A DNA stretch of 51,313 nucleotides from an uncultured Candidatus Saccharibacteria bacterium (GCA_964639285.1 CAZXCI010000001.1:285757-337069); one strand, 5' to 3'; counted from the stretch's first letter, positions 26,690 to 36,939 are shown. Program-made: numbers and translations. The notes: generated by a model from the letters alone, not told the origin.

Positions 26690-26902
26690 CTAATCGAGCT
26701 TAGCAATCTCAGATTCAATTGCTTCTTTTTCTCCCAGCAAGAGGTTTTTTTGTTCCTCTTTACTTAAAGCTTGATTGTTGAGACGTGGACACCAACGGCA
26801 AAAGCGACCAAAGAATCCTCGACCAGCACCAGAGCAATTACCCATTCCCCGGCCAGTCATTGGCCCTTGCCCCATTGGACCGGTTCCATCTAATCTAGGC
26901 AT
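26690..26902 (-). CDS. DUF5320 family small protein
   Basis: MPRLDGTGPMGQGPMTGRGMGNC plus C-terminal coiled coil. Confidence 0.88.
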   Translation of the reverse strand: MPRLDGTGPMGQGPMTGRGMGNCSGAGRGFFGRFCRWCPRLNNQALSKEEQKNLLLGEKEAIESEIAKLD

Positions 26903-26957
26903 AATTATTTATATTTTAGTTAAGATGATTAAGTCGACCTTTAATTAACTTACATTC

Positions 26958-26988
26958 TGAGTATATACCCATTACTATTTCTTGTCAA
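26958..26988 (-). promoter_or_regulatory. Sigma70 promoter (TTGACA-17-TATACT) with overlapping imperfect palindrome TGAGTATATACCCA
   Basis: -35 at 26983-26988, -10 at 26960-26965, palindrome 26958-26971, upstream of the DUF5320-DUF134 operon. Confidence 0.7.
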
Positions 26989-27015
26989 GAATATAGACAT
27001 AATCAAAGATTTCTC

Positions 27016-28047
27016 TCACGATTTTAAAATCTTTATAAGCGCTAATTCAAGAGGAACTTGAGGCAAGAAAGAGCCCCCGATCTGACCATAAGTATCAAGA
27101 AATTCACGGAGAGCCCCGGCCAAGTTTTTGGCCCCTGGTTTGGTCGAAAGTGTGGCAAAAAATTCATTTTCCTTATCTCCCGCTTCGGCCAAAATTTTCT
27201 CTTTGAGCGCGGGAGACATAACGGTGAGTAAGGCCAAACGAATTTCCCTCATCACTAACTTAAGAAAAATTTTGAAGTCTGTCCCCGCTTCAGCTGTCCT
27301 ATCAATAATCGCCAATGATCGGTCGAGATCGTTATCAGCGATAGCTTCGATTAAGTCATAGACCAATTTGATAGCCGGAGCCCCGGTAATCTTCTCGACT
27401 TCATCAAGAGCAATCTTTTTATCCGCCGAGGAGCTAATTATCTTTTGCAAAATCCCGATGGTATCGCGGAAGGAACCATCACCCATGAAGGCAAGCAAGT
27501 CGGCCACGTCATCGGCAATGGTATAGCCCTCACTCTTAGCGATATCCTTAGCCACTTTCTTCAAAATTTCGATGGTCGGCTTCTTGAAGACGAAGGTTTG
27601 GCAACGAGAGATAATTGTGTCGATGACCTTATGTTGTTCGGTTGTTGCTAAGATAAAAATAACGTGAGCCGGCGGTTCTTCCAAAGTCTTCAGCAAGGCA
27701 TTGAAGGCATCTTTAGTAAGCATATGGACCTCGTCGATAATATAGACCTTATACTTCGACTCAAAGGGTAAGGTGCGCACTGCCTCCCGCAAAGCTCGTA
27801 TTTCGTCAATCCCTCGATTAGAAGCCCCATCAATCTCAATAAGATCATTGTCGCTCGTCCCAATCGCTCGGGCAAAGATACGAGCCACGCTTGTCTTCCC
27901 TGTTCCCCGCGAACCGACGAAGAGGTAGGCATGGACCAGGTGGTGTTGCTCAATCGCTGACGCCAAGACACTCGTCACCTGGTCTTGACCAATAACCTCA
28001 CTAAACTTGGTCGGGCGATATTTGCGATAGAGGGCAAGTTCAGACAT
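27016..28047 (-). CDS. dnaX: DNA polymerase III subunit gamma/tau (short form)
   Basis: LYRKYRP, GSRGTGKT, IDEVHML, NALLKTLEEPP, SRCQ. Confidence 0.96.
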   Translation of the reverse strand: MSELALYRKYRPTKFSEVIGQDQVTSVLASAIEQHHLVHAYLFVGSRGTGKTSVARIFARAIGTSDNDLIEIDGASNRGIDEIRALREAVRTLPFESKYKVYIIDEVHMLTKDAFNALLKTLEEPPAHVIFILATTEQHKVIDTIISRCQTFVFKKPTIEILKKVAKDIAKSEGYTIADDVADLLAFMGDGSFRDTIGILQKIISSSADKKIALDEVEKITGAPAIKLVYDLIEAIADNDLDRSLAIIDRTAEAGTDFKIFLKLVMREIRLALLTVMSPALKEKILAEAGDKENEFFATLSTKPGAKNLAGALREFLDTYGQIGGSFLPQVPLELALIKILKS

Positions 28048-28054
28048 AGAGAAA

Positions 28055-29128
28055 TTATAGCAGAAAATTAGAAATAATCTCCTTGACCTCTTCAGAATTC
28101 TGGGCCTCCATTAGCTTGGCTCGTAGGGCCGTGGCCCCCTTGAAACCTGAGGCATAGGCCTTGAAGTGCTTGCGCATGACGGCAAAGTTCTTAGTGTGAC
28201 CGGCAAAAAGTTTATCGTTAGTCGGACCAGGCAGATAGAGCTTCTCGAAGAGTTGGGCGTGCTCAAGCATGACTTTAAATTTGGTCGGCAGGTCTGGCTC
28301 GGTCGTGCGAAGTCGCATCTGGCTACGCGAGAAACGACTTCTCACAACCGGACTTCGCACCTCCGCATCTGCAAACAGCCACGGTTTGCCAAAGGCTCCT
28401 CGGCCAATCATCACTCCGTCCACCCCGTATTTTTGCGCCAATTCTTTGCCTTCCTCGACACTCTTAATATCACCATTAATAATAAGGGGTACACCAGCCT
28501 CACGAGCCAGCTTAACCAAATCGGGCACGACTTCAAAATGGGCCTTAGCTTCGGACATTTCTTTTCTCGTGCGAAGATGAACAGTAAGAGCATCAGGCTG
28601 GGCTTCCAGAATTGTCTTAATCCAATCAAGATCAATCTTATTATAACCAAGTCGCGTCTTCACCGAAACCGGCATACCTCCAGCCACTTTTTTAGCAACA
28701 GAAATTATTTCTTGGGCTAATTTGGGGTTTTTTATCAAAGCTGAACCAGACCCCTGTTTTTCTACCGCTCGATCAGGACAACCCATATTGATGTCAACGC
28801 CGTCAAAACCTAGGTCTTTGACAATCTTCACCGCTTTCTCTATTGTCTCTGGCCGAGAACCAAAAATTTGAGCCACAATTGGTCGCTCGGCTTCAGTGTA
28901 ATAAAGTTCACGGAGAAGTTTGGATCGACCCTCCTCGCTCGCTAATCCGTCAGCGGAGACAAACTCGGTGAAAAGAATAAGCGGGGCCTTGCTGTATTTA
29001 ACAAACATCTGCCGGAAGGCGGCATCCGTGACATCATACATCGGAGCAAGACAAAAAAACGCCCCCTCCTTGGTCGAGGACTGCCCTTGTTCTCGCCAAA
29101 AATTTCTTATCTTATTGCTTGTCCCCAT
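28055..29128 (-). CDS. tRNA-dihydrouridine synthase (Dus family)
   Basis: LAPM, TEFVS, DINMGCP, SVKTRLG, NGDI, MIGRG, RKH; ~25-aa in-frame palindromic insertion near 28290-28365. Confidence 0.93.
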   Translation of the reverse strand: MGTSNKIRNFWREQGQSSTKEGAFFCLAPMYDVTDAAFRQMFVKYSKAPLILFTEFVSADGLASEEGRSKLLRELYYTEAERPIVAQIFGSRPETIEKAVKIVKDLGFDGVDINMGCPDRAVEKQGSGSALIKNPKLAQEIISVAKKVAGGMPVSVKTRLGYNKIDLDWIKTILEAQPDALTVHLRTRKEMSEAKAHFEVVPDLVKLAREAGVPLIINGDIKSVEEGKELAQKYGVDGVMIGRGAFGKPWLFADAEVRSPVVRSRFSRSQMRLRTTEPDLPTKFKVMLEHAQLFEKLYLPGPTNDKLFAGHTKNFAVMRKHFKAYASGFKGATALRAKLMEAQNSEEVKEIISNFLL

Positions 29129-30506
29129 CCTTAACAAAATATATGTTATTCCTGATATAGTCCAGTAGTTTCTCAGTATCCCCGTCTCGATCATCGCTCT
29201 TCAAAACAATTATGGCGATGCGTCGTTTTTCTTGGCCAAATGGTAGTTCAAAGATATTAAGCGAGGTTTGCTTGGCAATCTCAGTTTGATCATTCTTGCC
29301 ACCAAGGAAACCTTCCCACTTAACAAAAGGGTTAGTATTCCTCCAAATATGACGGCCTAATTCAAATTCCTCGTGACGGGAGAGAGAGAAAATATAATTT
29401 TTTTCGAAAAAGATATGCTTCGCCAACAAGAAAAGTTCTTCGACAGAAGAGACATTGTTGGCATCAATTCCTGCGGGATCGGCAAATTTAGTATTAGTGA
29501 GACCTATTGTTCGCGCTCGATTATTCATCTCCGCCACGAATCTTTTTTCTCCAATGCTCATGGCCAAAACTTCAGCCGCCTTATTGCTGGATTCGAGAAG
29601 CAGAGGCCAGAGCAAATCTTTAGCCACAAAGATTTCTCCCGGTTCAAGATTACCAACATGACGATAAGGGATAATTTCCTGATCTTGGCCAACAATTACC
29701 GTATCGATAGGATTAACCTGATCAAGAAAGACCAATGCGGTCATGAGCTTAGAGAGAGAAGCGATTGGGTAGAGCTTCTGACTATTTTTCTTAACCAAAG
29801 TAGCCCCAATATCCAAATCTGCAACCAAATAACTATCGGCAGTAACCAATGGTAAAAGGTTCTTAGTTTTGGCAACATAGCGACCAAAGGAGCTATTAAG
29901 CTGATTGTCCGCCCCAACAATAAGTGGTGTTCCCCGATCGACAAAAGCAAAAATCTCTTTCGCCGACTCAGTTTCCAAACGAATGCAGCCACCCGAATAG
30001 CCAAGACCAACGGGGGTTAGATCTTCATAGTATGGCCAACCGTGAATAAAATAATTGCCCAAAAATTGCATACTATAAGGCATCCAAACATCCGTAATTG
30101 AAGATAGATGATTTTCCTCTTTGTTTAAAATATTAAATTGGCCACGAGGTGTCTCCCAAGGTAGACCCGGCTTACCGACAGAGATAATAGGGAAACTTCT
30201 CACCAAACGGCCATCTTGATAAAGAAACAAACTCATCTTCTGGATGTCGGCAAAGATTGCCTTCCCGACCCTGGGGATCTCTAAAAAATCTTGACCGATG
30301 AAATCGACGGTTCCCGCCACTTCAGCCAAATCGCGATAAACCAAATTTTGTTTTTTAGAATAATCAATCGATTGATAGCTCGTTGTCGTCGCCCAAGCCC
30401 AAACTTGAGAAAAATTAAGATCGATAAAAAAATAGCTGATAGTGACAACAAAAAAAACAAAGAGGGCCAGTGTCAGAAAGAAAAATACCACCCACTCCTT
30501 CAACAT
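29112..30506 (-). CDS. L,D-transpeptidase (YkuD) fused to S11 D-Ala-D-Ala carboxypeptidase, N-terminal TM
   Basis: IHG...SGGCIR (YkuD); ASLSK (SxxK), SSN, FADPAG, GGKND. Confidence 0.88.
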   Translation of the reverse strand: MLKEWVVFFFLTLALFVFFVVTISYFFIDLNFSQVWAWATTTSYQSIDYSKKQNLVYRDLAEVAGTVDFIGQDFLEIPRVGKAIFADIQKMSLFLYQDGRLVRSFPIISVGKPGLPWETPRGQFNILNKEENHLSSITDVWMPYSMQFLGNYFIHGWPYYEDLTPVGLGYSGGCIRLETESAKEIFAFVDRGTPLIVGADNQLNSSFGRYVAKTKNLLPLVTADSYLVADLDIGATLVKKNSQKLYPIASLSKLMTALVFLDQVNPIDTVIVGQDQEIIPYRHVGNLEPGEIFVAKDLLWPLLLESSNKAAEVLAMSIGEKRFVAEMNNRARTIGLTNTKFADPAGIDANNVSSVEELFLLAKHIFFEKNYIFSLSRHEEFELGRHIWRNTNPFVKWEGFLGGKNDQTEIAKQTSLNIFELPFGQEKRRIAIIVLKSDDRDGDTEKLLDYIRNNIYFVKDGDKQ

Positions 30507-30515
30507 AATATCTTT

Positions 30516-31508
30516 TTAGTTCGGTACTTCTGAGCTAGGAACAACGGGGACAAAACCATTTTTACCGCCAAGATAAGAAGTGTAGCGAGTAAGATAATTA
30601 ATTAATCCTCGAGTATCATTCTTGCGATCACTGCTTTGGAGGAGGACGAGGGCAAGCAGACGACTCTTCTTCTCAACAGCCCCATTGTTAGCCGAAGACG
30701 AGCTTGTAATTGGCACCTGGAAGATGGAGACAAGGGTTCGATCGGCCTCTTCGGTATAACCATTTTTACCACCGACATAATTACTCATTAACGAAATGTT
30801 GTTGAGATTTGTCCAAGTATGTCTACCGAGACGGTACTGCTTCTCTCGGGTAATTGCCAAAATCTTAGGACGAGACTTATAAAGATAGTCCGCCAGCTTA
30901 GCTAAGTCCTTGGCCGTCGCTGTATTGGCCGGAGACAAACCGCTTGGATCAGCAAAAAAGGTGTCCTCCAGGCCAAGAGACTTTGCCCGCTGGTTCATTT
31001 CGGCGATAAATTTGTCCCGACCAACCGCCTCAGCGAACGCCTCGGCCGCATCATTACTAGAAGAAAGCAGGAGAGGGTAAAGAAGGTCCTTAGCTGAAAT
31101 TTTTTCCCCCACTGACAAATTGCCGGTGTTGCCATAGGTATTATACGCCGAACGAGAAATAGTAATGATTTCGTCTGGTGGCAAAAGATCCTCAGCCACG
31201 ATAGCGGTGATTAATTTTGTCAGAGAAGCGATAGGCAAAACCTTCTTTTCATTTTTATTAATAACCGTTTCATTACTTTCAAGATCAACAACCAGATAAG
31301 AGTTGGCAGAAAGGGTGGGGGCTTCCCCTGTTTTATCAAAAAGATAAGACGAAGCGACAAGTTCTCCCTCTTCTGCTCCACCAAAATTAGCGCTATAAAC
31401 TAGAACTCGAGATGGCCCCAAAAAAACAAATCCGGCTATCCCGAGAGCAAGAAGCCCAGCACTAACAAAAAAATATCGCGCCAGTTTTTGCAAAATTACT
31501 TTGATCAT
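30516..31508 (-). CDS. S11 family D-Ala-D-Ala carboxypeptidase
   Basis: ASLTK, SSNDAA, FADPSGL, GGKNG. Confidence 0.88.
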   Translation of the reverse strand: MIKVILQKLARYFFVSAGLLALGIAGFVFLGPSRVLVYSANFGGAEEGELVASSYLFDKTGEAPTLSANSYLVVDLESNETVINKNEKKVLPIASLTKLITAIVAEDLLPPDEIITISRSAYNTYGNTGNLSVGEKISAKDLLYPLLLSSSNDAAEAFAEAVGRDKFIAEMNQRAKSLGLEDTFFADPSGLSPANTATAKDLAKLADYLYKSRPKILAITREKQYRLGRHTWTNLNNISLMSNYVGGKNGYTEEADRTLVSIFQVPITSSSSANNGAVEKKSRLLALVLLQSSDRKNDTRGLINYLTRYTSYLGGKNGFVPVVPSSEVPN

Positions 31509-33952
31509 AATTTCTTAACTGCTAGTTTTGGCCGTTTGTTATCTAGATCAGCAACAAAATTAACCACCGAGCCACTCCTCACTTCCCCCTTAATAATAGC
31601 GTCAGCAACTTGCTGCTCAATATTATCCTGAATAAAGCGTTGCATTGGACGAGCACCGAAAACATCATTAGCGCCCAACTCCGCCACGGCCTTTATAACA
31701 ATATCGTTAATTTCGAAACTAACCCCCTGAGTTAAAAGACGTTTGGCCAACTTACCAAGCATCAAGCGGGCAATCTGACTGAGCTCACCTGGCTGGAGGG
31801 GGTGGAAGACAACAACCGAATCAAAACGATTGATAAGCTCAGGTTTGAACGTCCCCTTCTCGACAATATGATTTATTAGTTCATCAACTTTATCTTGAGG
31901 CTTAGTACCGGCCCGAACCATTTGCCAAATAATATCCGCCCCTGCATTCGAAGTAGCAATGATAATTAGGTTGCGCAGACTAACCCGTTGCCCAGATTTA
32001 TCGGAGAAAAAGCCTTCATCTAGAACTTGGAGGAAAATATTAAGAACATCAGGATTAGTTTTCTCAAACTCATCGAGCAAGAGAACACCGTAAGGGTTCT
32101 CTCTGATTAAATCCGCCAATATCCCGGGTTGACCAGTAGAGAATGAGCCAATAAGTTTGTCTACCGCATCGGGAGTCTGGTACTCAGACATATCAAGGCG
32201 AACCATCTTGGTATCTTGACCAAACATTACTTCGGCGAGAGCTTTGCTTGTCTCCGTCTTACCCACGCCAGTTGGCCCCAAGAAGAGGAAAGAGCCAATT
32301 GGTCTCTCCGAATTGCGAACGCCTGCCCGAGCTCGACGCAAAGCGTTGCTGATAGAAATAATAGCTTCTTCTTGTCCAACGACTCGAGCATGCAAATTTT
32401 TCTCAAGAGACATTAGGCTCTCCCGCTCTGCCGGCTGGAGTCGACCGACAGGAATTCCGGTCTTCGTCCGAACCAATTCTTCAACTTCCTCCTGACCAAT
32501 AACTCGATAACCACGACTTTTGGCCCAAGGGATGATTTCTGTCAAAAGGTCAATGGCTTTATCGCCAGAATCACTTTGGGTAAAATAACGACTAGCGTCA
32601 CGAGCAATCTCAAGCAAAGCGGGGTAAGTAAAGAAAAGATTATTCTTTTTCTCAGCCTGCCAAACCGTTTGCTCTAAATTATGGATAATTAATTCTTCCG
32701 GCAAAGGACGAATAAAGATTCGATCGAAGGTCGTCATGAGAGTCGCATTGGACTCTAGAACTTGGTGAAAATCATCATTGCCCGAGAGACCAAGAATCTG
32801 AATAGAATTAGAGGTCAAAGCGGGATAGACAAGACTTACGAAGTCGGTCCCCAAAGCCGTTATTCCCCTCAAGAGGCCGGCAAAATTATCAAAAACAAGA
32901 ATGATGTTCCCAGCCCGACCCGCCTCAGCCAGAACCTTCAAGAGCTCAGTCTCAAGAGCTGATTTGTCTTTGAAATGAGAGAGGAAAGTGGCCGTGTTGA
33001 AGAGAACCGGCCTTTTGTGCTCAAGGGCCGGCGGAGTAACGCCGTCTCGAATACGTCGGACCAAGTGCCAGACAACATCCATCCGCTCGCTCGCCGAATC
33101 AGCAACAACGAAGACATTGGCCTCTCTTTCTTTAGACAAAATATTCTCAATTTGCGATATCTCATCCGAACGGTTGGAGTATTCATAATCTGATGCCGAA
33201 TAACTTAAACCATAGAGTAAGTCCCAACTATATTTGTCGAGGCTATAGGTATTGCCGAAACCCCAATCTTTCGCGATGCCAGGAATCTTGGCGAGATTGG
33301 TCTCACTCCACCAACGCTTACGATATTCGCCATATTCAATCTCATAGACGACCCAGCCGACAGCACCAATAAGTTCCGCTTCATTGATCCCCGCCTCAGC
33401 CAACCAATTGGCAAAAGCGCTATCATTTTCGAATAAAAACTGAACAAGATCCCGCACCTTGAGAACCTCACCCGCATTAAGAGGTAATTTGTAAAAAGTT
33501 TCTTCTCCTCGCTGTTGCAAGAACTTAACGACCTCGCGATCAGACAAACCACAACGCTGAAGAATTCGTCGGCCAACCTTCGAAAGAAGGAAACCCTCAA
33601 GGACGTCATTGTCTTTAACCCCCAAGAGAATACGGCCAACAGTGAAAGTGAAAATATCTCCTGGATGATAACGATTGAGAGCGACATTATCAAAATAATA
33701 AGAAGAGTTAAAATAATATTCGACCATCTTGGCGACAAAGAAGAAGAACAAACTAAGAAAAATTAGCCCCCAAACTTTAGGCGCAAAGGCCTCCAAGCCA
33801 GAGAAGGAGAAGAAGGCCGCCAAGAGAACAAGAAAAACAAAAAGTCCCCCGCTAATCTCGATAAGACGCGTGCGAATACGACTAGACAAAATGGACTCCA
33901 AAATAAGAATTGGGTAGAGCGGGCTATTCTTAACTAATTGCGAAATATTCAT
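31505..33952 (-). CDS. ClpA/B-like AAA+ ATPase with N-terminal transmembrane helices
   Basis: Two N-terminal TM segments; degenerate AAA-1; intact AAA-2 GPTGVGKTE, LLLDEFEK, PELINRFD, GARP. Confidence 0.85.
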   Translation of the reverse strand: MNISQLVKNSPLYPILILESILSSRIRTRLIEISGGLFVFLVLLAAFFSFSGLEAFAPKVWGLIFLSLFFFFVAKMVEYYFNSSYYFDNVALNRYHPGDIFTFTVGRILLGVKDNDVLEGFLLSKVGRRILQRCGLSDREVVKFLQQRGEETFYKLPLNAGEVLKVRDLVQFLFENDSAFANWLAEAGINEAELIGAVGWVVYEIEYGEYRKRWWSETNLAKIPGIAKDWGFGNTYSLDKYSWDLLYGLSYSASDYEYSNRSDEISQIENILSKEREANVFVVADSASERMDVVWHLVRRIRDGVTPPALEHKRPVLFNTATFLSHFKDKSALETELLKVLAEAGRAGNIILVFDNFAGLLRGITALGTDFVSLVYPALTSNSIQILGLSGNDDFHQVLESNATLMTTFDRIFIRPLPEELIIHNLEQTVWQAEKKNNLFFTYPALLEIARDASRYFTQSDSGDKAIDLLTEIIPWAKSRGYRVIGQEEVEELVRTKTGIPVGRLQPAERESLMSLEKNLHARVVGQEEAIISISNALRRARAGVRNSERPIGSFLFLGPTGVGKTETSKALAEVMFGQDTKMVRLDMSEYQTPDAVDKLIGSFSTGQPGILADLIRENPYGVLLLDEFEKTNPDVLNIFLQVLDEGFFSDKSGQRVSLRNLIIIATSNAGADIIWQMVRAGTKPQDKVDELINHIVEKGTFKPELINRFDSVVVFHPLQPGELSQIARLMLGKLAKRLLTQGVSFEINDIVIKAVAELGANDVFGARPMQRFIQDNIEQQVADAIIKGEVRSGSVVNFVADLDNKRPKLAVKKL

Positions 33953-33964
33953 CTAAATATCCAT

Positions 33965-34357
33965 TTATTTAAAAAGTAAACCGAAGCCAATAAAGAAAAT
34001 TACCACCACGACAAACGGCAGAATGAGCCAGCATAGCAAGGCCACAGGGTAACTCAATATCAGCAGAAGAGTAAAAGCCATGCCTACAACAATAACAATG
34101 CCTCGCATGAAGATGCCGACCAGACGCATAATAAGATTGACGAGGAAAACAGAAAAATAATCGAAGGGCTCAACACTCCGCTCAGGATATTCTTCCCCCA
34201 TCCGACGCCACGGAGAGAAAAAGGAAACAACCAAAATTGGGACCGAAAAGAAATTAAAGATAAAGACGATAAGATTCCGATAAATCCTCGTCAAATCTTT
34301 AATCGCTCGGCCATAATGCCAGATAAAATAATGCCCTAAAACAGTCGCAAAGCGCAT
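33965..34357 (-). CDS. Conserved hypothetical membrane protein, probably co-transcribed with the Clp-like ATPase
   Basis: Hydrophobic; FFSPWRR motif; 12 bp upstream of the Clp-like gene. Confidence 0.7.
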   Translation of the reverse strand: MRFATVLGHYFIWHYGRAIKDLTRIYRNLIVFIFNFFSVPILVVSFFSPWRRMGEEYPERSVEPFDYFSVFLVNLIMRLVGIFMRGIVIVVGMAFTLLLILSYPVALLCWLILPFVVVVIFFIGFGLLFK

Positions 34358-34415
34358 GTCCTGATTATACTACAAATCACCCCCTTTTGACCGCCCAAGG
34401 TGTGTATAAAGAAAT

Positions 34416-35282
34416 TTACTTGAACTTATAAAAAACCTTATTATCGAAACGAAGATCAAGATAATCTAGCATCTTAGAAGTGGCCCAGTCTTTAGTTAGG
34501 GTTGGATCTTTGACCAAAGAATGAAAGTTGGTAATTAATTTGTCGGCTGAAGCCCTGGTATTAAAGAAAAGGCTCCAAGAGTCATCAGGGTTCGTTGCCG
34601 AAACCACAATCGCCTCAAAATCTTGAAGGGGCAAAACCTTCACGCGAGAAAGTTTGTAGGCCGGACGAGAATGAGGCCAATCGACAAGGACCGTCTTTAA
34701 GAAATTTAAGAAAAGTTTAGCCTGAGCAAGATCCTTTGGGTCGGTAACTTTAGTATTAATCTTCTTCACCACCGTCTCACTATCAAACTCCATTATGATT
34801 GAGTCTGAGAAATTTGGAGCGACTTGATACACAAAGCCCTCATCATTGAGATAAAAGCAAATTTTGCTTTTATCAGAAACATTACACCAAAGAACTTTAG
34901 AGTCACGATCTGACAAACTGATGATTAAGGAATTGAGGTCAGGCGAATCAATCTCAACCGACTGAAGGCCAGGAAATTTTTGCTTCAGGAGAGTGGCCAA
35001 ATTATTTTTAGAAAAGAAGAAGATGCTATTCCTCGGAACAAGAAAAAGGTGTCGGCCACTTAATTCCCCCCTTATGGTCTGCTTAATGGCGGTAAGATCT
35101 TGGCCTGTCTGGCCCAAAAGACTAAAGGATGTTAGACAGAGAAACCTAAGATTAAGGAGGGAGAAAAATCCTCCAACAATAACAAAAAGAACAAAGAAGC
35201 CCAGAAGGCGCCTCTTAGTCTTCATCTTCTTCTCACGCTCACGGCTCGAGCGAAGAATTTCGGTCTTGGAGCAAGCAGGCAT
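34416..35282 (-). CDS. FtsQ/DivIB-like cell division protein
   Basis: Basic N-terminus, single TM, POTRA-like region, C-terminal YLDLRFDNKVFYK. Confidence 0.7.
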   Translation of the reverse strand: MPACSKTEILRSSREREKKMKTKRRLLGFFVLFVIVGGFFSLLNLRFLCLTSFSLLGQTGQDLTAIKQTIRGELSGRHLFLVPRNSIFFFSKNNLATLLKQKFPGLQSVEIDSPDLNSLIISLSDRDSKVLWCNVSDKSKICFYLNDEGFVYQVAPNFSDSIIMEFDSETVVKKINTKVTDPKDLAQAKLFLNFLKTVLVDWPHSRPAYKLSRVKVLPLQDFEAIVVSATNPDDSWSLFFNTRASADKLITNFHSLVKDPTLTKDWATSKMLDYLDLRFDNKVFYKFK

Positions 35283-35305
35283 AAATTTTTAATTTGAGAG
35301 CAAAC

Positions 35306-36568
35306 TTACTTAATCACTTCTCGCCCCCCAAGAAATGGCTGAAGAACTTTAGGGATCAAGATGCTACCGTCCGCCTGCTGATAATTCTCAATCAGAGAAA
35401 CAAGAATACGGGGCGAAGCCAAAGCGGTGCCATTGAGTGAGTGAGCAAGGCGCATCTTGCCATTGGCATCCTTATACTTAATATTAGACCGACGAGTTTG
35501 GAAGTCATGGAAATAAGAAATCGAATGTGTTTCTCGATATTTGTTCTCCGTTGGCACCCAGGCCTCGATGTCATATTTCTTAACCTGACCTTGACCCAAA
35601 TCACCAGTACAATTGACAACAACATGATAAGGAATCTCGAGCCCCTGCATAATTTTCTCGGCATTAGCGAGAATTGCTTCGTGATGCTTCACACTCTCTT
35701 CGTGGTCGGCCTCACAGAGCACAACTTGCTCAACTTTATAAAATTCATGGACGCGAATAAGTCCCTTGGTGTCTTTGCCATGACTCCCCGCCTCGCGACG
35801 ATAACAAGGAGAAAAGGCAACAAATTTGACCGGGAGATGTTCGCGCGGAATAACTTCATCAAAATAATAACCCATAGTTGGCACTTCAGCGGTGCCAGCA
35901 AGATACTCGCCATCTTGAATCTTATAGAGATCTTCCTCACCTTGAGGGAGATAACCTGTCCCCATAAACATCTCGGGGCGATCAATAATCGGCGCCATCA
36001 TTGGAGTATAACCATCTTCTCGAGCCACGCTCATGGCATATTGCCAAAGAGCTAAAGAAAGTTCAGCCCCTTCATTCTTTAAAAAATAACCTCGAAAGCC
36101 GGCCACTTTAGAACCTCGGTCAAAATCAGCCAACTTGAGAGCTAACATCAAATCAATGTGGCTCCTGGGAATGAAATCGAATTTGCGTCGCTCGCCCCAG
36201 GCCTTAATTTCTTGATTGCCACTATCATCATCCCCCTCGGGCACACTCATGTCGGGAATATTAGGAACAAAGAGCATGAGCGATTGCCAAGTCTTCATCA
36301 CCTCCCTCAGGGCTTCTTCACTTTTCTGAAGCTCGATTTTAACCTTAGACATCTTCTCAATAAGTTCGGCCTTCTCGTCCCCCTCGGCCTTGGAGATACC
36401 TTCACTGGCTTCATTTTGCTGGCGGCGAAGCTCATCGACTTGGCCCACCAACTTAACCCGCTCGTCGTCAGCCGTCAATAGTTCCTCAACTTTGAAATCC
36501 ATGCGCTTCTTGCGCGCGGCCTCGGTAATTAGATCCTTATTTTCACGAATAAATTTGATGTCTAACAT
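35306..36568 (-). CDS. serS: Serine-tRNA ligase
   Basis: MLDIKFIREN, LAGTAEVP, FSPCYRREAG, RVHEF, HSLNGTALA. Confidence 0.97.
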   Translation of the reverse strand: MLDIKFIRENKDLITEAARKKRMDFKVEELLTADDERVKLVGQVDELRRQQNEASEGISKAEGDEKAELIEKMSKVKIELQKSEEALREVMKTWQSLMLFVPNIPDMSVPEGDDDSGNQEIKAWGERRKFDFIPRSHIDLMLALKLADFDRGSKVAGFRGYFLKNEGAELSLALWQYAMSVAREDGYTPMMAPIIDRPEMFMGTGYLPQGEEDLYKIQDGEYLAGTAEVPTMGYYFDEVIPREHLPVKFVAFSPCYRREAGSHGKDTKGLIRVHEFYKVEQVVLCEADHEESVKHHEAILANAEKIMQGLEIPYHVVVNCTGDLGQGQVKKYDIEAWVPTENKYRETHSISYFHDFQTRRSNIKYKDANGKMRLAHSLNGTALASPRILVSLIENYQQADGSILIPKVLQPFLGGREVIK

Positions 36569-36611
36569 ATTGCTTAAAATAATAACAGGAATCCGAAGAA
36601 AAGACAAAACT

Positions 36612-36642
36612 CCCCCGTCCCTCGATAAACTCGGGACGGGGG
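36612..36642. repeat. REP-like hairpin between the small ORF and serS
   Basis: cccccgtccc-tcgataaactc-gggacggggg. Confidence 0.6.
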
Positions 36643-36660
36643 CAACAAAAGATAACGGGG

Positions 36661-36939
36661 CTAAATTTTTTGCGGGGGAGGATCTGCCCTTCCGGAAAGA
36701 TAGTCATCAGGATCTCTGGATTTTCCAGAAGGGATTCCCCCTTCAGCAGAGAGTGAAGCTTCTTGGGCCATTTTCTTAGCCACACCCAGGACTCTTCTTC
36801 CCAGTTCAGGAGAACGAACAAAAGCCACTAATTGAGCGGAGGTGAAGTCCTTCGCCAGACCAAGCTCATAAAGCATCGTTGCTATATTCTGAGACAGGGC
36901 TAGGAAAGGATCTTTGGTTGTTAAGGTTTTCATAGACAA
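36661..36939 (-). CDS. Hypothetical protein
   Basis: Fills the intergenic gap; AGG upstream; no recognised motif. Confidence 0.45.
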   Translation of the reverse strand: MSMKTLTTKDPFLALSQNIATMLYELGLAKDFTSAQLVAFVRSPELGRRVLGVAKKMAQEASLSAEGGIPSGKSRDPDDYLSGRADPPPQKI

